The notes under the pieces: generated by a model
Told to the model about the DNA's origin: nothing
Seen by the model: the letters and a program-made list of their open reading frames with translations, nothing else
The model's database searches: none
DNA from: Gammaproteobacteria bacterium
GTDB lineage: Bacteria > Pseudomonadota > Gammaproteobacteria > Pseudomonadales > Porticoccaceae
Direction of reading: 5' to 3'
DNA: 64,000 bases
NCBI GenBank assembly: GCA_016191205.1
Contig: JACPPB010000012.1
Coordinates: 20,446 to 84,445 of the forward strand
Shown here: in pieces, positions 9,238 through 18,977 of the stretch
Layout of the letters: each line of letters opens with the position of its first letter
Numbering within the stretch: the first letter of the stretch is position 1
Position numbers and translations under genes: made by a program

Positions 9238-10452
9238 ATGAAACACCATACCGCCAGCCTCGCCCTGCGCCACAGTCCCACGCCGGAGTGGATCGCCGCC
9301 ATGCGCGCGCGCTACCCGGTGGAGCCTGCCATCGATGAAATCTTTACCCGCAAGCTCGGCAAGCGCGTCGAGCTGCCCGAGCACTCGATGGATTTCAGCG
9401 CGCTGCCGGAGCGGCTGCGCGCTTTCCTCGCGCGGGAAACCGGGCAGACCGATCTGAAAGTGGAGCAGGTGGCGCGACTCTCGGGGGGCGCGTCCAAGGA
9501 GCAGTTCAGTTTCCTTCTTACCTGGCGCCAGAGTGGCGCGGCAGCGCCGGTCGCTCAGCGCCTGATGCTGCGCATGGATCCGTCCGAAGCCATCGTCGAG
9601 ACGCATCGGCTGCGGGAGTGGGAAGTGCTGCGCGCCATGCGGGGTGTGGTGCCGGTGCCCGAGGTGCTCTGGCTGGATCCGGAAGGCGTCGCGCTCGGCC
9701 GCCCGGCCCTGATTGCGGGTTTTGTCGAAGGCACGGTGCGCCCCCCGGGCGCCGACAAGATGAGCGGGGTCGGCATGTATTTCGAGCCCAGTCTGCGCGC
9801 GGCGCTGAAGGAACAGTTCGTCGCCATCCTGGCCCGCATTCACAATCTGGATTGGCGAACACAATCCCTGCCCAGTTTCGCGGTACCGGCACCCGGGACG
9901 ACCCAGGCGAACGACTGGGCGCTGGGGCTGTGGGAGCGCGCCTGGCACGAGGATACGCTCGACGCCCACCCCATCATGGAGCGCGCGGCGCTCTGGTTGC
10001 GGGAAAACCGCCCGGTGGTAGAGCGGCCGGTGCTGGTACATGGCGATTACCGCAGCGGCAATTTCATGTACGACGATGCGCTGACCATCAACGCCATTTT
10101 CGACTGGGAGCTCGCTTATCTCGGCGATTACCACGATGACCTGGCCTGGGCCAGCCTGGCGCTGTTCGGTTGTCCGGACGAGGCGGGCACCGGGCTCGCC
10201 AGCAGTCTGATGCCGGTGGATGAGTTTCTGGAACGCTATGAACAGGTGTCGGGCAACCCGGTGGATCGCCAGCGGCTGTTCTACTACCAGGTATTTTCTT
10301 ATTACAAAATCTCGGTGATCGCGGTCGCCACCAGTCTGCGCATCGCCCACGGCCGCCGCACCCATCTTGACGCCATGATGAATTTTGCCAGCGGCCTGGG
10401 TTACATCGGCATTTCGGAACTCAACAGACTGCTGGAGTCAGTGCATCCCTGA
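9238..10452 (+). CDS. Phosphotransferase-family (APH fold) protein, paralogue 2
   Basis: ORF 9181..10452, start trimmed to MKHHTASL (ATG 9238). It is collinear with paralogue 1: SGGASKEQFSF, LVHGDYRSGNFMY, IFDWELAYLGDYHDDL, HGRRTHLDAMMN. Confidence 0.8.
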   Translation: MKHHTASLALRHSPTPEWIAAMRARYPVEPAIDEIFTRKLGKRVELPEHSMDFSALPERLRAFLARETGQTDLKVEQVARLSGGASKEQFSFLLTWRQSGAAAPVAQRLMLRMDPSEAIVETHRLREWEVLRAMRGVVPVPEVLWLDPEGVALGRPALIAGFVEGTVRPPGADKMSGVGMYFEPSLRAALKEQFVAILARIHNLDWRTQSLPSFAVPAPGTTQANDWALGLWERAWHEDTLDAHPIMERAALWLRENRPVVERPVLVHGDYRSGNFMYDDALTINAIFDWELAYLGDYHDDLAWASLALFGCPDEAGTGLASSLMPVDEFLERYEQVSGNPVDRQRLFYYQVFSYYKISVIAVATSLRIAHGRRTHLDAMMNFASGLGYIGISELNRLLESVHP

Positions 10453-10504
10453 GTTCGATTCCGTTGGTTGTGCATGCGAGTGTCGCGAGATGAGGATAGG
10501 TAGC

Positions 10505-12262
10505 TCAGCGCGCTACCCCATCGACCGCCACTGCTTCACCGCCGGGCCAGCGCGTGTCGTTGGCGCCCTGGAGCAGGGCGCCGTCGCTGCCGATGGTCTG
10601 GGTGCGGCCCAGCACCCGGGGTGAGCGCACCAGGGTATGCCCCATGCCGTTGAGCAAGGTCAGGGTGTCGGGGCTCACGCCCGCTTCGTAAAACACCTGA
10701 TCGGGTTGCCATTGATGGTGAATGCGCGGTTGCGCGGTGGCGTCCGCCACGTTCATGCCGAAATCGACCACATTGAGCACAATCTGCAACACGGCGGTGA
10801 TGATGGTCGGGCCGCCCGGGCTGCCGGTCACGAGCACCGGCTTGCCATCCTTGAACAGGATCGCCGGTGTCATCGACGACAGCGGCCGCTTGCGTGCTTC
10901 GATGGCGTTGGCGCTGCCGCCGATCAGGCCGTAGGCGTTCGGCACACCGGGTTGGGCGGAGAAATCGTCCATCTCGTTGTTGAGTAGAAAACCGGCGCCC
11001 GCGACCGCGATGCCGCTGCCGTAGGAAAAATTAAGCGTGTAGGTGTTGCTGACCACATTGCCTTTGGCATCCCACACCGAGAAGTGGGTGGTCTGCGGGC
11101 TTTCGGCGGGCAGCTTCAGCGTCGGTGCCACGGCGCTTGACGGCGTCGCGTGGGTGAGGTCGATACCGTTGCGCAGCCGCGCGGCATAGTCCTTCGAGGT
11201 GAGTTCCGCCACCGGCACCGACACAAAATCCGGATCGCCCAGGTACTCGCCGCGATCGGCATAGGCGCGGCGCATCGTCTCGATCAGGCGATGCAGATAC
11301 GCCGCGCTGTTGTGGCCCAGTTCGGCGAGGTTCCAGCCTTCGAGCACATTGAGCATCTGGATCAGGTGTACCCCGCCGGAAGAGGGCGGCGGCATCGCGG
11401 CGACCTGATAGCCGCGATAGGTGCCGGTCACGGGCGCGCGTTCCACGGGCTGGTACTCGGCGAGATCCCGCGCTGTGATCAGCCCGTCGTGGGCTTTCAT
11501 CTCCGCGACGATCCGCGCCGCGATGTGGCCGGTGTAGAACGCTTGCGGTCCCTGTTTGGCGATCTGGCGCAGGGTGTGCGCCAGATCCGGCTGTCGCAAC
11601 CAATGGCCCGGTGGCGGGGGCTCGCCGCCGGGCAGCAGGTAATAACCGGCGGCAGCGGTGGATTTTTTCAGGCGCGGAGCGGCTTCGCCGAGGGAGAACG
11701 CCAGCGGGCGGGTCACCCGGATACCCCGTTCGGCGAGCGCGATGGCCGGGGCCATCACTTCGGCCAGCGACAGGGTGCCGTATTTCTTCTGGGCCAGAGC
11801 GAGGCCCGCCACCGTGCCCGGCACGCCGGCCGAGCGATGGCTGAAGCGCGCCAGTTCCGGGTCCACCGCCCCGTTGGCGCCCACGAACAGGTCGCGGTAC
11901 GCGGCGCGCGGCGCCACCTCGCGGTAATCGATGGCAATGGTTTTATTCGGCTTTTTGAGGTGGACCAGCATGAAGCCGCCACCGCCCAGGTTGCCCGCCT
12001 GGGGCAGGGTCACCGCCAGTGCGAATCCGGTGGCCACGGCGGCGTCCACCGCATTGCCGCCCCGCGCCAGGATGTCCGCACCGACGCGGCTGGCGACCGC
12101 TTCCTGGGATACCACCATGCCGGCGGCGCCCACCACCGGGTGAAAGCGGTCGCTGTAGTCGATGATGGGCGGTGGTGCAGCGAGCGCGCGGCCCGCCAGA
12201 CCCAGTGCGATCCAGCACCACAGTGCCAGGTAACGCGATCTCTGCACGCAGTGAGACTTCAT
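10505..12262 (-). CDS. ggt: Gamma-glutamyltransferase
   Basis: 585-aa ORF with a signal peptide. GGT hallmarks are present: GGNAVDAAVA, GNLGGGGFMLVH, and the autoprocessing site TTHFSVWD. Confidence 0.9.
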   Translation of the reverse strand: MKSHCVQRSRYLALWCWIALGLAGRALAAPPPIIDYSDRFHPVVGAAGMVVSQEAVASRVGADILARGGNAVDAAVATGFALAVTLPQAGNLGGGGFMLVHLKKPNKTIAIDYREVAPRAAYRDLFVGANGAVDPELARFSHRSAGVPGTVAGLALAQKKYGTLSLAEVMAPAIALAERGIRVTRPLAFSLGEAAPRLKKSTAAAGYYLLPGGEPPPPGHWLRQPDLAHTLRQIAKQGPQAFYTGHIAARIVAEMKAHDGLITARDLAEYQPVERAPVTGTYRGYQVAAMPPPSSGGVHLIQMLNVLEGWNLAELGHNSAAYLHRLIETMRRAYADRGEYLGDPDFVSVPVAELTSKDYAARLRNGIDLTHATPSSAVAPTLKLPAESPQTTHFSVWDAKGNVVSNTYTLNFSYGSGIAVAGAGFLLNNEMDDFSAQPGVPNAYGLIGGSANAIEARKRPLSSMTPAILFKDGKPVLVTGSPGGPTIITAVLQIVLNVVDFGMNVADATAQPRIHHQWQPDQVFYEAGVSPDTLTLLNGMGHTLVRSPRVLGRTQTIGSDGALLQGANDTRWPGGEAVAVDGVAR

Positions 12263-12351
12263 GCCCGGCGTCCTCGGTCAGATGGCCCGCATTCTAGCCC
12301 CACCCCGCGCCGCGCTGTATCCTGCGGCAAACCACAGTCCGACGATGCCCC

Positions 12352-13317
12352 ATGGAGAGCCTGGATTACTTTCCCGTCGTGATAGCGCCCGTGACCTGGG
12401 TGGAGCAGAGTGACGCGCTGCAGGCGATCCGCCGGCAGGTGTTCGTGGTCGAGCAGGGGATTCCCGACGCCGAGGAATTCGACGGGCAGGATGCCGCCGC
12501 GCAGCACTGGCTGGCTTCCACAACCGACGGTGCACCCATCGGTTGTGCGCGGCTGCTGGGCGATCGCATTGGCCGGCTGGCGGTGTTGCCCGAGTATCGC
12601 CGCCGGGGTGTCGGCGCGGCCCTGTTGCGGTGGATCATTCGCGATGCGCTCGCCTGCGGGCAGGGCGCCTTGCAGCTCCATGCCCAGACCCAGACCCTGG
12701 GTTTTTACGAGGCGCTGGGATTCGAGCCCCGGGGCGAGGAGTTCCTGGAGGCCGGAATATCTCACCGCCTCATGGTCTTGCCATTCGGGAATCTGCTTGC
12801 AGTGCGTGAGCAACCTGCGCCGCCGGTGTCGGAGGCCGAGCGCCGCCGTGAAGTGCTGGAAGGCGCGGCCGCGATTGCCGAGTGCGTCCCGAGCTGGATT
12901 CCGCGCGCGTTGCGGCGTGCGTGCATTCTGAGCACCCGACTCGATCCCGAGATTTACGACAGCGATGCGGTGCGCGACGCAGTGCTGGAGTTCGCGACCA
13001 GTCATCCTCAGGCCGAGGTGTTGATGCTGGTGCGGGAACCCCAGGCGCTGGCGCGCGCGGGACATCGTCTGGTTCGACTGGCGCAACGCCTGTCGAGCCA
13101 CGTCCAGTTGCGTGCCTTGCCGCCTGCCTGCGCCACACCCGAGGACGAATTTCTGGTGACCGACACCGGAGCAGTGCTGTGCTGGCAGCACGCGCGTCCG
13201 CTGCGCGGTTACGGGGTGCGCCACGCGCCCGCCGACGCTCGCCGGTTGATCGATGCGTTTCAGGAACTGTGGAACCTGAGCGAGGAAGCCCCGGAACTGC
13301 GTCGGCTGGCGCTGTGA
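12352..13317 (+). CDS. GNAT-family N-acetyltransferase with a C-terminal domain of unknown function (about 170 aa)
   Basis: The N-terminal 145 aa have the GNAT acetyl-CoA motif: IGRLAVLPEYRRRGVGAALLRW ... FYEALGFEP. I do not recognise the C-terminal half. Confidence 0.75.
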   Translation: MESLDYFPVVIAPVTWVEQSDALQAIRRQVFVVEQGIPDAEEFDGQDAAAQHWLASTTDGAPIGCARLLGDRIGRLAVLPEYRRRGVGAALLRWIIRDALACGQGALQLHAQTQTLGFYEALGFEPRGEEFLEAGISHRLMVLPFGNLLAVREQPAPPVSEAERRREVLEGAAAIAECVPSWIPRALRRACILSTRLDPEIYDSDAVRDAVLEFATSHPQAEVLMLVREPQALARAGHRLVRLAQRLSSHVQLRALPPACATPEDEFLVTDTGAVLCWQHARPLRGYGVRHAPADARRLIDAFQELWNLSEEAPELRRLAL

Positions 13318-13411
13318 TGGCGTAGTCCGGTGGTGGGCGACCTCCCAAAGCAGGCAGGGGCGCGAGTTACTACGCCCCTTGACGCCTTGCCACCCCCGGA
13401 TTTACGGGCGA

Positions 13412-15586
13412 TCAGCGACCGCGCGCCTTGAGCTCCCGGCGCCGGGCGTGCAGTACCGGCTCGGTGTAGCCGCTGGGCTGCTCGCGACCCTTGAAAACAA
13501 GATCGCAGGCGGCCTGGAAGGCGATACTGGCGTCGAAATCCGCTGCCATCGGGTGATAGAGGGCGTCGCCGGTATTCTGCCGATCCACCACGGCGGCCAT
13601 CTTCTTGAGCGTCGCCAGCACCTGTTCCGCCGAGCAGATCCCGTGGTGCAGCCAGTTGGCGATGTGCTGGCTGGAGATGCGCAGGGTGGCGCGATCTTCC
13701 ATCAGGCCCACATCGTCGATGTCCGGGACCTTGGAGCAGCCGACGCCCTGGTCGATCCAGCGCACCACATAACCGAGAATTCCCTGTGCGTTGTTGTCCA
13801 GTTCGCGCTGAATCTCCGTGGCGGTAAGCTGGCGCTTGCCCAGCAGCGGCAGGGTCAGGATGTCATCGAGGCTGGCCCGTTTGCGACTTGCGAGTTCGGC
13901 CTGTCGCGCCGCCACATCGACGCGGTGGTAGTGCATGACGTGCAGGGTGGCCGCCGTGGGCGAGGGCACCCAGGCGCAGTTGGCGCCGGCGCGCGGATGC
14001 TCGATCTTGGCCACCATCATGTCCGCCATGCGATCGGGCATCGCCCACATGCCTTTGCCGATCTGGGCGCGACCGCGCAGGCCGCAGGCGAGGCCGATGT
14101 CCACGTTCCAGTCCTCGTACGCCTTGATCCAGGGCTGCTGTTTCATCTCGCCCTTGGGCACCATGGCGCCGGCTTCCATGCTGGTGTGGATCTCGTCGCC
14201 GGTGCGGTCGAGGAAGCCGGTATTGATGAAGATGAGCCGGTCGGCGGCGCGGCGGATGCACTCCTTGAGATTCACCGTGGTGCGGCGCTCTTCGTCCATG
14301 ATGCCGATCTTGAGGGTTTGTGCGGGCAGCCCCAGGATCTGCTCCACGTGCGCGAACAGACGCACCGCGAAGGCAACTTCGTCGGGGCCGTGCATCTTGG
14401 GTTTGACGATGTAGATGCTGCCGGCGCGGGAGTTGCGGAAAGGCCCCAGTCCGCGCAGGTCGTGCGCCGCCACCGCGCCGGTGATCAGCGCATCCAGCAT
14501 GCCCTCGGGCACCGGCTTGCCGGCGGCGTCGAGCACGGCATCGGTGGTCATCAGGTGGCCCACGTTGCGCACCAGCAGCAGGCTGCGTCCCGGCACGCTG
14601 AAGGCGCTGCCGTTGGGGTCCAGATATTCGCGATCGGGGTTAAGTGTACGGCGTAACAGCCTGTCGCCCTTGGGAATGACCTCTTCGAGATCGCCGCGAA
14701 TCAGGCCCAGCCAGTTGCGGTAGGCCAGGCACTTGTCCCCGGCGTCCACCGCGGCGACCGAATCCTCGCAGTCCTGGATGGTCGTGATGGCGCTTTCGAG
14801 GTAGAGGTCCTTGATGTGTGCAGGGTCGTCGCGCCCGACGTAGTGGTCAGGATCGAATTGAATTTCGACATGCAATCCATTGTTTTTCAATAAAACACAA
14901 TCGGGAGAATCCGGGTTGCCCTGGTAGCCAACCCATTGCGCCGGGGTTTTCAGTCCGGTGGTCGCGCCGCTATCGAGTCGTATCGCCAGCGCATTGTTCA
15001 CGATGCGGTAACCGACGGCATCGGCATGGCTGCCGGCCGCGAGCGGCGCGCTGGCGTCGAGGAATTCCCGTGCATAGGCGATGACTTTCGCGCCCCGCAC
15101 CGGGTTGTAGCCAGGGCCGCGCACCGCGCCGTCGGTTTCGGGGATCACGTCGTTACCGTACAGGGCATCGTAGAGGCTGCCCCAGCGCGCATTGGCAGCA
15201 TTGAGTGCATAGCGCGCGTTGGTGATGGGCACCACCAATTGCGGGCCGGCAATGGTGGCGATTTCCGCATCGACGTTCTGCGTGGTTACCGCGAAGTCGT
15301 CGCCCTCGGGGAGCAGATAGCCGATTTCGGTCAGAAACGCCTTGTACGCCGCAGGATCCCGAGGCTGGCTTGCGCGCTCCCGGTGCCAGGCGTCGATGCG
15401 CTGCTGGAAGTCGTCGCGCAGCGCGAGCAGGCGGGCGTTTTCCGGTGCCAGGTCGGTCAACAGGGATGCGAAGCCGGCCCAGAAGGTGGCGGGTTCGATA
15501 CCCAGGCCAGGCAGAATCTCGGTGCGCACCAGATCATCGAGTACCCGCGCTACGTGCAGGCCGCCCTGTTGAACCCGTTCGGTCAT
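13412..15586 (-). CDS. glcB: Malate synthase G
   Basis: ORF 13412..15631, start trimmed to [12 protein letters not shown] (cat 15584-15586) with GGAGAGAG just upstream. The translation is collinear with GlcB throughout: [48 protein letters not shown]. Confidence 0.9.
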   Translation of the reverse strand: MTERVQQGGLHVARVLDDLVRTEILPGLGIEPATFWAGFASLLTDLAPENARLLALRDDFQQRIDAWHRERASQPRDPAAYKAFLTEIGYLLPEGDDFAVTTQNVDAEIATIAGPQLVVPITNARYALNAANARWGSLYDALYGNDVIPETDGAVRGPGYNPVRGAKVIAYAREFLDASAPLAAGSHADAVGYRIVNNALAIRLDSGATTGLKTPAQWVGYQGNPDSPDCVLLKNNGLHVEIQFDPDHYVGRDDPAHIKDLYLESAITTIQDCEDSVAAVDAGDKCLAYRNWLGLIRGDLEEVIPKGDRLLRRTLNPDREYLDPNGSAFSVPGRSLLLVRNVGHLMTTDAVLDAAGKPVPEGMLDALITGAVAAHDLRGLGPFRNSRAGSIYIVKPKMHGPDEVAFAVRLFAHVEQILGLPAQTLKIGIMDEERRTTVNLKECIRRAADRLIFINTGFLDRTGDEIHTSMEAGAMVPKGEMKQQPWIKAYEDWNVDIGLACGLRGRAQIGKGMWAMPDRMADMMVAKIEHPRAGANCAWVPSPTAATLHVMHYHRVDVAARQAELASRKRASLDDILTLPLLGKRQLTATEIQRELDNNAQGILGYVVRWIDQGVGCSKVPDIDDVGLMEDRATLRISSQHIANWLHHGICSAEQVLATLKKMAAVVDRQNTGDALYHPMAADFDASIAFQAACDLVFKGREQPSGYTEPVLHARRRELKARGR

Positions 15587-16418
15587 GGCTCTCTCCTCTA
15601 GGCAAATCGGCTCGCGCCGGGGGTCGATCAAGCCGGCATTTTAGGCGGCTCGGGATGGTGACGATCAAGTCCGGCTGGCGGGCGAGCAGCACCGCTACCT
15701 GATAGTGGCGGGTGAAGACCGCGATATGGCGCTTCTTGCCCAGTCGCGCCAGCGCCTCGTCCACCCAGCCCAGGCGCTGGGCGTCCTGCGGGTTCATGCC
15801 CACGCCGACCCCCATGCCGGTCTTGCTCACCCAGACGTGGCGGCCGGCGAGATAGCGCTCCAGGTCGAAATCCGCCAGCGCGGGATGGTCCCTGCGCAGC
15901 AGACAGGAGAAACCGTCCTGCCACACCGTGACCTGGTGGAAGGACTGGGGCATGTCGTCGAAGCGGTTGAGCAGCATGTCCACCCGGCCCTGTTCCACGT
16001 CGTGCAGGGTCACGTCGCTGGGGTTGAGGATGTCGAGGGTGATCCCCGGCGCGTGCTCGCCCAGGAACGCCAGCAGCGGCGGCACCAGCGTGGACTCGGC
16101 GTAGTCGCTCGCCATGATGCGAAACACCCGGTTGGCGGAGCCCGCATCGAACTCGGTGCGGGGCTGCACCGCCTGCTCGACGCTGGCGAGGATGTCGCGC
16201 ACTTGCGGTTGCAGGGCGAGCGCCCGTTCGGTGGGCGCCATCCCCCCGCTGGTGCGGATCAGCAGCGGGTCGCCGAACAATTCTCGCAGGCGCCGCAGAC
16301 CATTGCTCATCGCGGGCTGGGTGATGCCGAGAGACTGGGCCGCGCGGGTGACATTGCGCTCGCGCAACAGCACGTCCAGGAACACCAGCAGGTTGAGATC
16401 GACACGGGCTATATTCAT
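15534..16418 (-). CDS. LysR-family transcriptional regulator; the C-terminus looks aberrant (see findings)
   Basis: N-terminal wHTH: [52 protein letters not shown]. The effector-domain part runs up to ...[11 protein letters not shown]. The last 41 aa are R/P/G-rich and overlap the glcB start by 53 nt. Confidence 0.75.
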   Translation of the reverse strand: MNIARVDLNLLVFLDVLLRERNVTRAAQSLGITQPAMSNGLRRLRELFGDPLLIRTSGGMAPTERALALQPQVRDILASVEQAVQPRTEFDAGSANRVFRIMASDYAESTLVPPLLAFLGEHAPGITLDILNPSDVTLHDVEQGRVDMLLNRFDDMPQSFHQVTVWQDGFSCLLRRDHPALADFDLERYLAGRHVWVSKTGMGVGVGMNPQDAQRLGWVDEALARLGKKRHIAVFTRHYQVAVLLARQPDLIVTIPSRLKCRLDRPPARADLPRGESHDRTGSTGRPARSAGTR

Positions 16419-16522
16419 AAGATAAATAGTGAAGATAAAAGCGATAAATTAGTCGAATCATCCCACAAAAAATACAATGCGCAACGTCTCCACTCCACCA
16501 CCCGCAACAGGAGCTGCACACC
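16419..16522. promoter_or_regulatory. AT-rich divergent control region between the LysR gene and aceA, with three GATAAA direct repeats
   Basis: This is the most AT-rich stretch of the locus. GATAAA occurs at 16421, 16434 and 16443. Several T-N11-A arrangements are possible. No -35/-10 assignment was attempted. Confidence 0.35.
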
Positions 16523-17860
16523 ATGACCATCGGCAACTACAACCGCGCCGCGGAAATCGCCCAGATCGCCCAGGATTGGGCCACCAATCCCCGCTGGAAG
16601 GGCGTCAAGCGCACCTACAGCGCCGACGACGTGGTGCGCCTGCGCGGCTCCATCAAGGTCGACAACACCATTGCCCAGCGCGGTGCCGAGCAACTGTGGA
16701 AGCTCGTTACCGAGGGTGGGCGGCCGAGCTTTCGTCCGGACAAGGACTTCGTCAATGCCATGGGCGCCCTCACCGGCGGCCAGGCGGTGCAGCAGGTCAA
16801 GGCCGGCGTCCAGGCGATCTACCTGTCCGGCTGGCAGGTGGCGGCGGACAACAACACCGCTTCCAGCATGTACCCCGACCAGTCGCTGTACCCGGCCGAC
16901 TCCGTGCCCGCCGTGGTGCGCCGCATCAACAATGCCTTCCGCCGCGCCGACCAGATTCAGTGGAAAGCGGGCAAAGCCCCGGGCGACGCTGACTACATCG
17001 ACTATTTTGCGCCCATCGTGGCGGATGCCGAAGCCGGTTTCGGCGGAGTCCTCAACGCTTACGAACTGATGAAGGCCATGATCGAGGCTGGCGCTGCCGG
17101 TGTGCACTTCGAAGACCAGCTCGCCTCGGTCAAGAAATGTGGCCACATGGGCGGCAAGGTGCTGGTGCCGACCCAGGAAGCCGTTCAGAAGCTGATCGCG
17201 GCCCGGCTCGCCGCCGACGTGGCCGGCGTACCGACCATCCTGCTGGCTCGCACCGACGCCAATGCGGCGGACTTGCTCACCAGCGACTGCGATCCCTACG
17301 ACCAGCCGTTCGTCACCGGCGAGCGCACCAGCGAAGGTTTCTACAAGGTCCGCGCCGGCATCGACCAGGCGATCGCCCGCGGCATCGCCTACGCGCCCTA
17401 CGCCGACCTGCTGTGGTGTGAAACCGCAACGCCGGACCTGGCCGAAGCCAAAAAATTCGCCGAAGCGGTCCGCAAGGAGCACCCCGACCAGTTGCTCAGC
17501 TACAACTGTTCGCCGTCATTCAACTGGAAGAAGAACCTGGACGACGCCACCATCGCCAGGTTCCAGCGCGAGCTGTCGGCTATGGGTTACAAGTTCCAGT
17601 TCATCACGTTGGCCGGCATTCACAACATGTGGTACAACATGTTCGAACTCGCCCACGCCTATGCCCGCGAAGACATGAAAGCCTATGTCGAGAAAGTGCA
17701 GGAGCCGGAATTCGCTGCGCGCGATCGCGGTTATACCTTCGTGGCGCACCAGCAGGAAGTGGGCACCGGCTATTTCGACGACATGACCACGGTGATCCAG
17801 GGCGGCGTGTCTTCGGTGACCGCGCTTACCGGTTCCACCGAGGAAGATCAGTTTCACTGA
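16523..17860 (+). CDS. aceA: Isocitrate lyase
   Basis: 445-aa ORF with the catalytic [13 protein letters not shown] motif. It is collinear with ICL throughout: [27 protein letters not shown]. Confidence 0.93.
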   Translation: MTIGNYNRAAEIAQIAQDWATNPRWKGVKRTYSADDVVRLRGSIKVDNTIAQRGAEQLWKLVTEGGRPSFRPDKDFVNAMGALTGGQAVQQVKAGVQAIYLSGWQVAADNNTASSMYPDQSLYPADSVPAVVRRINNAFRRADQIQWKAGKAPGDADYIDYFAPIVADAEAGFGGVLNAYELMKAMIEAGAAGVHFEDQLASVKKCGHMGGKVLVPTQEAVQKLIAARLAADVAGVPTILLARTDANAADLLTSDCDPYDQPFVTGERTSEGFYKVRAGIDQAIARGIAYAPYADLLWCETATPDLAEAKKFAEAVRKEHPDQLLSYNCSPSFNWKKNLDDATIARFQRELSAMGYKFQFITLAGIHNMWYNMFELAHAYAREDMKAYVEKVQEPEFAARDRGYTFVAHQQEVGTGYFDDMTTVIQGGVSSVTALTGSTEEDQFH

Positions 17861-17955
17861 GTCGGCGGCCGCACCGGGCCGGCCGGACGGAAGTGGCGTC
17901 TGCTGCCGGACCCGAGGCGGGAAAGATTTCCACCTCAGATTCGATGCATGGTCAG

Positions 17956-17992
17956 AAAAAGGGCTGGGGATTCGTCCCCAGCCCTTTTTTTT
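17956..17992 (+). terminator. Rho-independent terminator, potentially bidirectional
   Basis: aaaaa-GGGCTGGGGA-ttcg-TCCCCAGCCC-tttttttt. This is a 10-bp perfect stem flanked by an A-tract and a T-tract, between convergent aceA and the 18029..18721 gene. Confidence 0.8.
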
Positions 17993-18028
17993 GTATCGAC
18001 TTCGGCGGTCAATCTGAATGGTGTCAGC

Positions 18029-18721
18029 TTATCTCCGCGTCGGCGCCGGTGCTGGTGCCGGCGGATCCACCGGACCGCTGGTTTGGACCACCGTGTTGTT
18101 CTGGCCAACGCCACGACCGGTGAGGTAGCGATGGGTATGTGTCATCAGCAGCGACTTCGGATCCATGGCAAGGTGCAGGGCCACTCCACGCACCACGATC
18201 TTGTCGGCGACGTCGCCGAAGTTTACCCGCAGGCTGAGCAACAGAGCGCCATCGGCGGGGTGCGCCGGGGTAGTCAGTATCGCGCTGTCGGCGCAGACCG
18301 GACCCGGGTCGGTCAGGTTGGCGGCATCATCCAGCAGGACCAAGGCCGTCGCGGGGGGATCCTGCACCTGGGCGAGCCGAATCTGACTGATGAAGCTGCT
18401 GGCGTTGGACAACTCGTAGCAGACGCGTACGCCGTCGACCAGATAACCGGGTGGCACCGCGAGGCTGGTTTCAATGACCTTGTTGCCGCCGCCGTCGGCA
18501 TCCTCGCCGGTCGTGGTGGATTGGATGATCAGGCCCGAAAGGCCGCTGCCGACACCTGAGTTCACAGCGTTGAACGACACATTCACGCTGGGATCGCCGG
18601 CGAGAAACCCCAGATGATCGATCCACATCAGTTGATCGGCATGCGCTGCAATGGGTGCCAGAGCGAGTGCGCCGGCAACCGCCGCGGCGCGAAATATCGA
18701 ACGAGACGAGACATTGGACAT
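18029..18721 (-). CDS. Secreted hypothetical protein
   Basis: ORF 18029..18970, start trimmed to MSNVSSRSIFRAAAVAGALALAPIAAHA (signal peptide; cat 18719-18721, with AAGGAAGG upstream). The longer ORF-track N-terminus is a read-through into repeat copy a. Confidence 0.55.
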   Translation of the reverse strand: MSNVSSRSIFRAAAVAGALALAPIAAHADQLMWIDHLGFLAGDPSVNVSFNAVNSGVGSGLSGLIIQSTTTGEDADGGGNKVIETSLAVPPGYLVDGVRVCYELSNASSFISQIRLAQVQDPPATALVLLDDAANLTDPGPVCADSAILTTPAHPADGALLLSLRVNFGDVADKIVVRGVALHLAMDPKSLLMTHTHRYLTGRGVGQNNTVVQTSGPVDPPAPAPAPTRR

Positions 18722-18844
18722 GGCAACCTTCCTTATTCGGTGAGGTGGACGGGTTTTGTCAGGGTAAACCTTCGCAATGACAAAAAATTCACTATCTGCG
18801 CCGATTTTGTTGTCGATCACATTGAGTGCGAGGAGTGGGTTGGA

Positions 18845-18977
18845 AACGGTTACTGAAATGCGCCGCGAGGTGGTCGGCTGCGAGGCGTGTGGAGCGCAGC
18901 GAAAGTAGATAGGCGAGGGCGCGAGCACCGTGCAACGAAGCAGATGGTCCCCGCTGTAGTTTTTCAGCAACCTGCTA
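18845..18977. mobile_element. MITE-like element, copy a (degenerate left end, internal deletion)
   Basis: The right end, GTTTTTCAGCAACCTGC+TA (to 18977), is identical to the other copies. The interior aligns (CGCGAGG..GCGAGGCG..GCGCAGCGA..AGATAGGCGAGGG.GCGAGCACCG.GCAACGAAGCAGATGGTCCCCGC), but about 13 nt are missing and the left TIR has diverged (acggttactgaaatgc). Confidence 0.65.
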
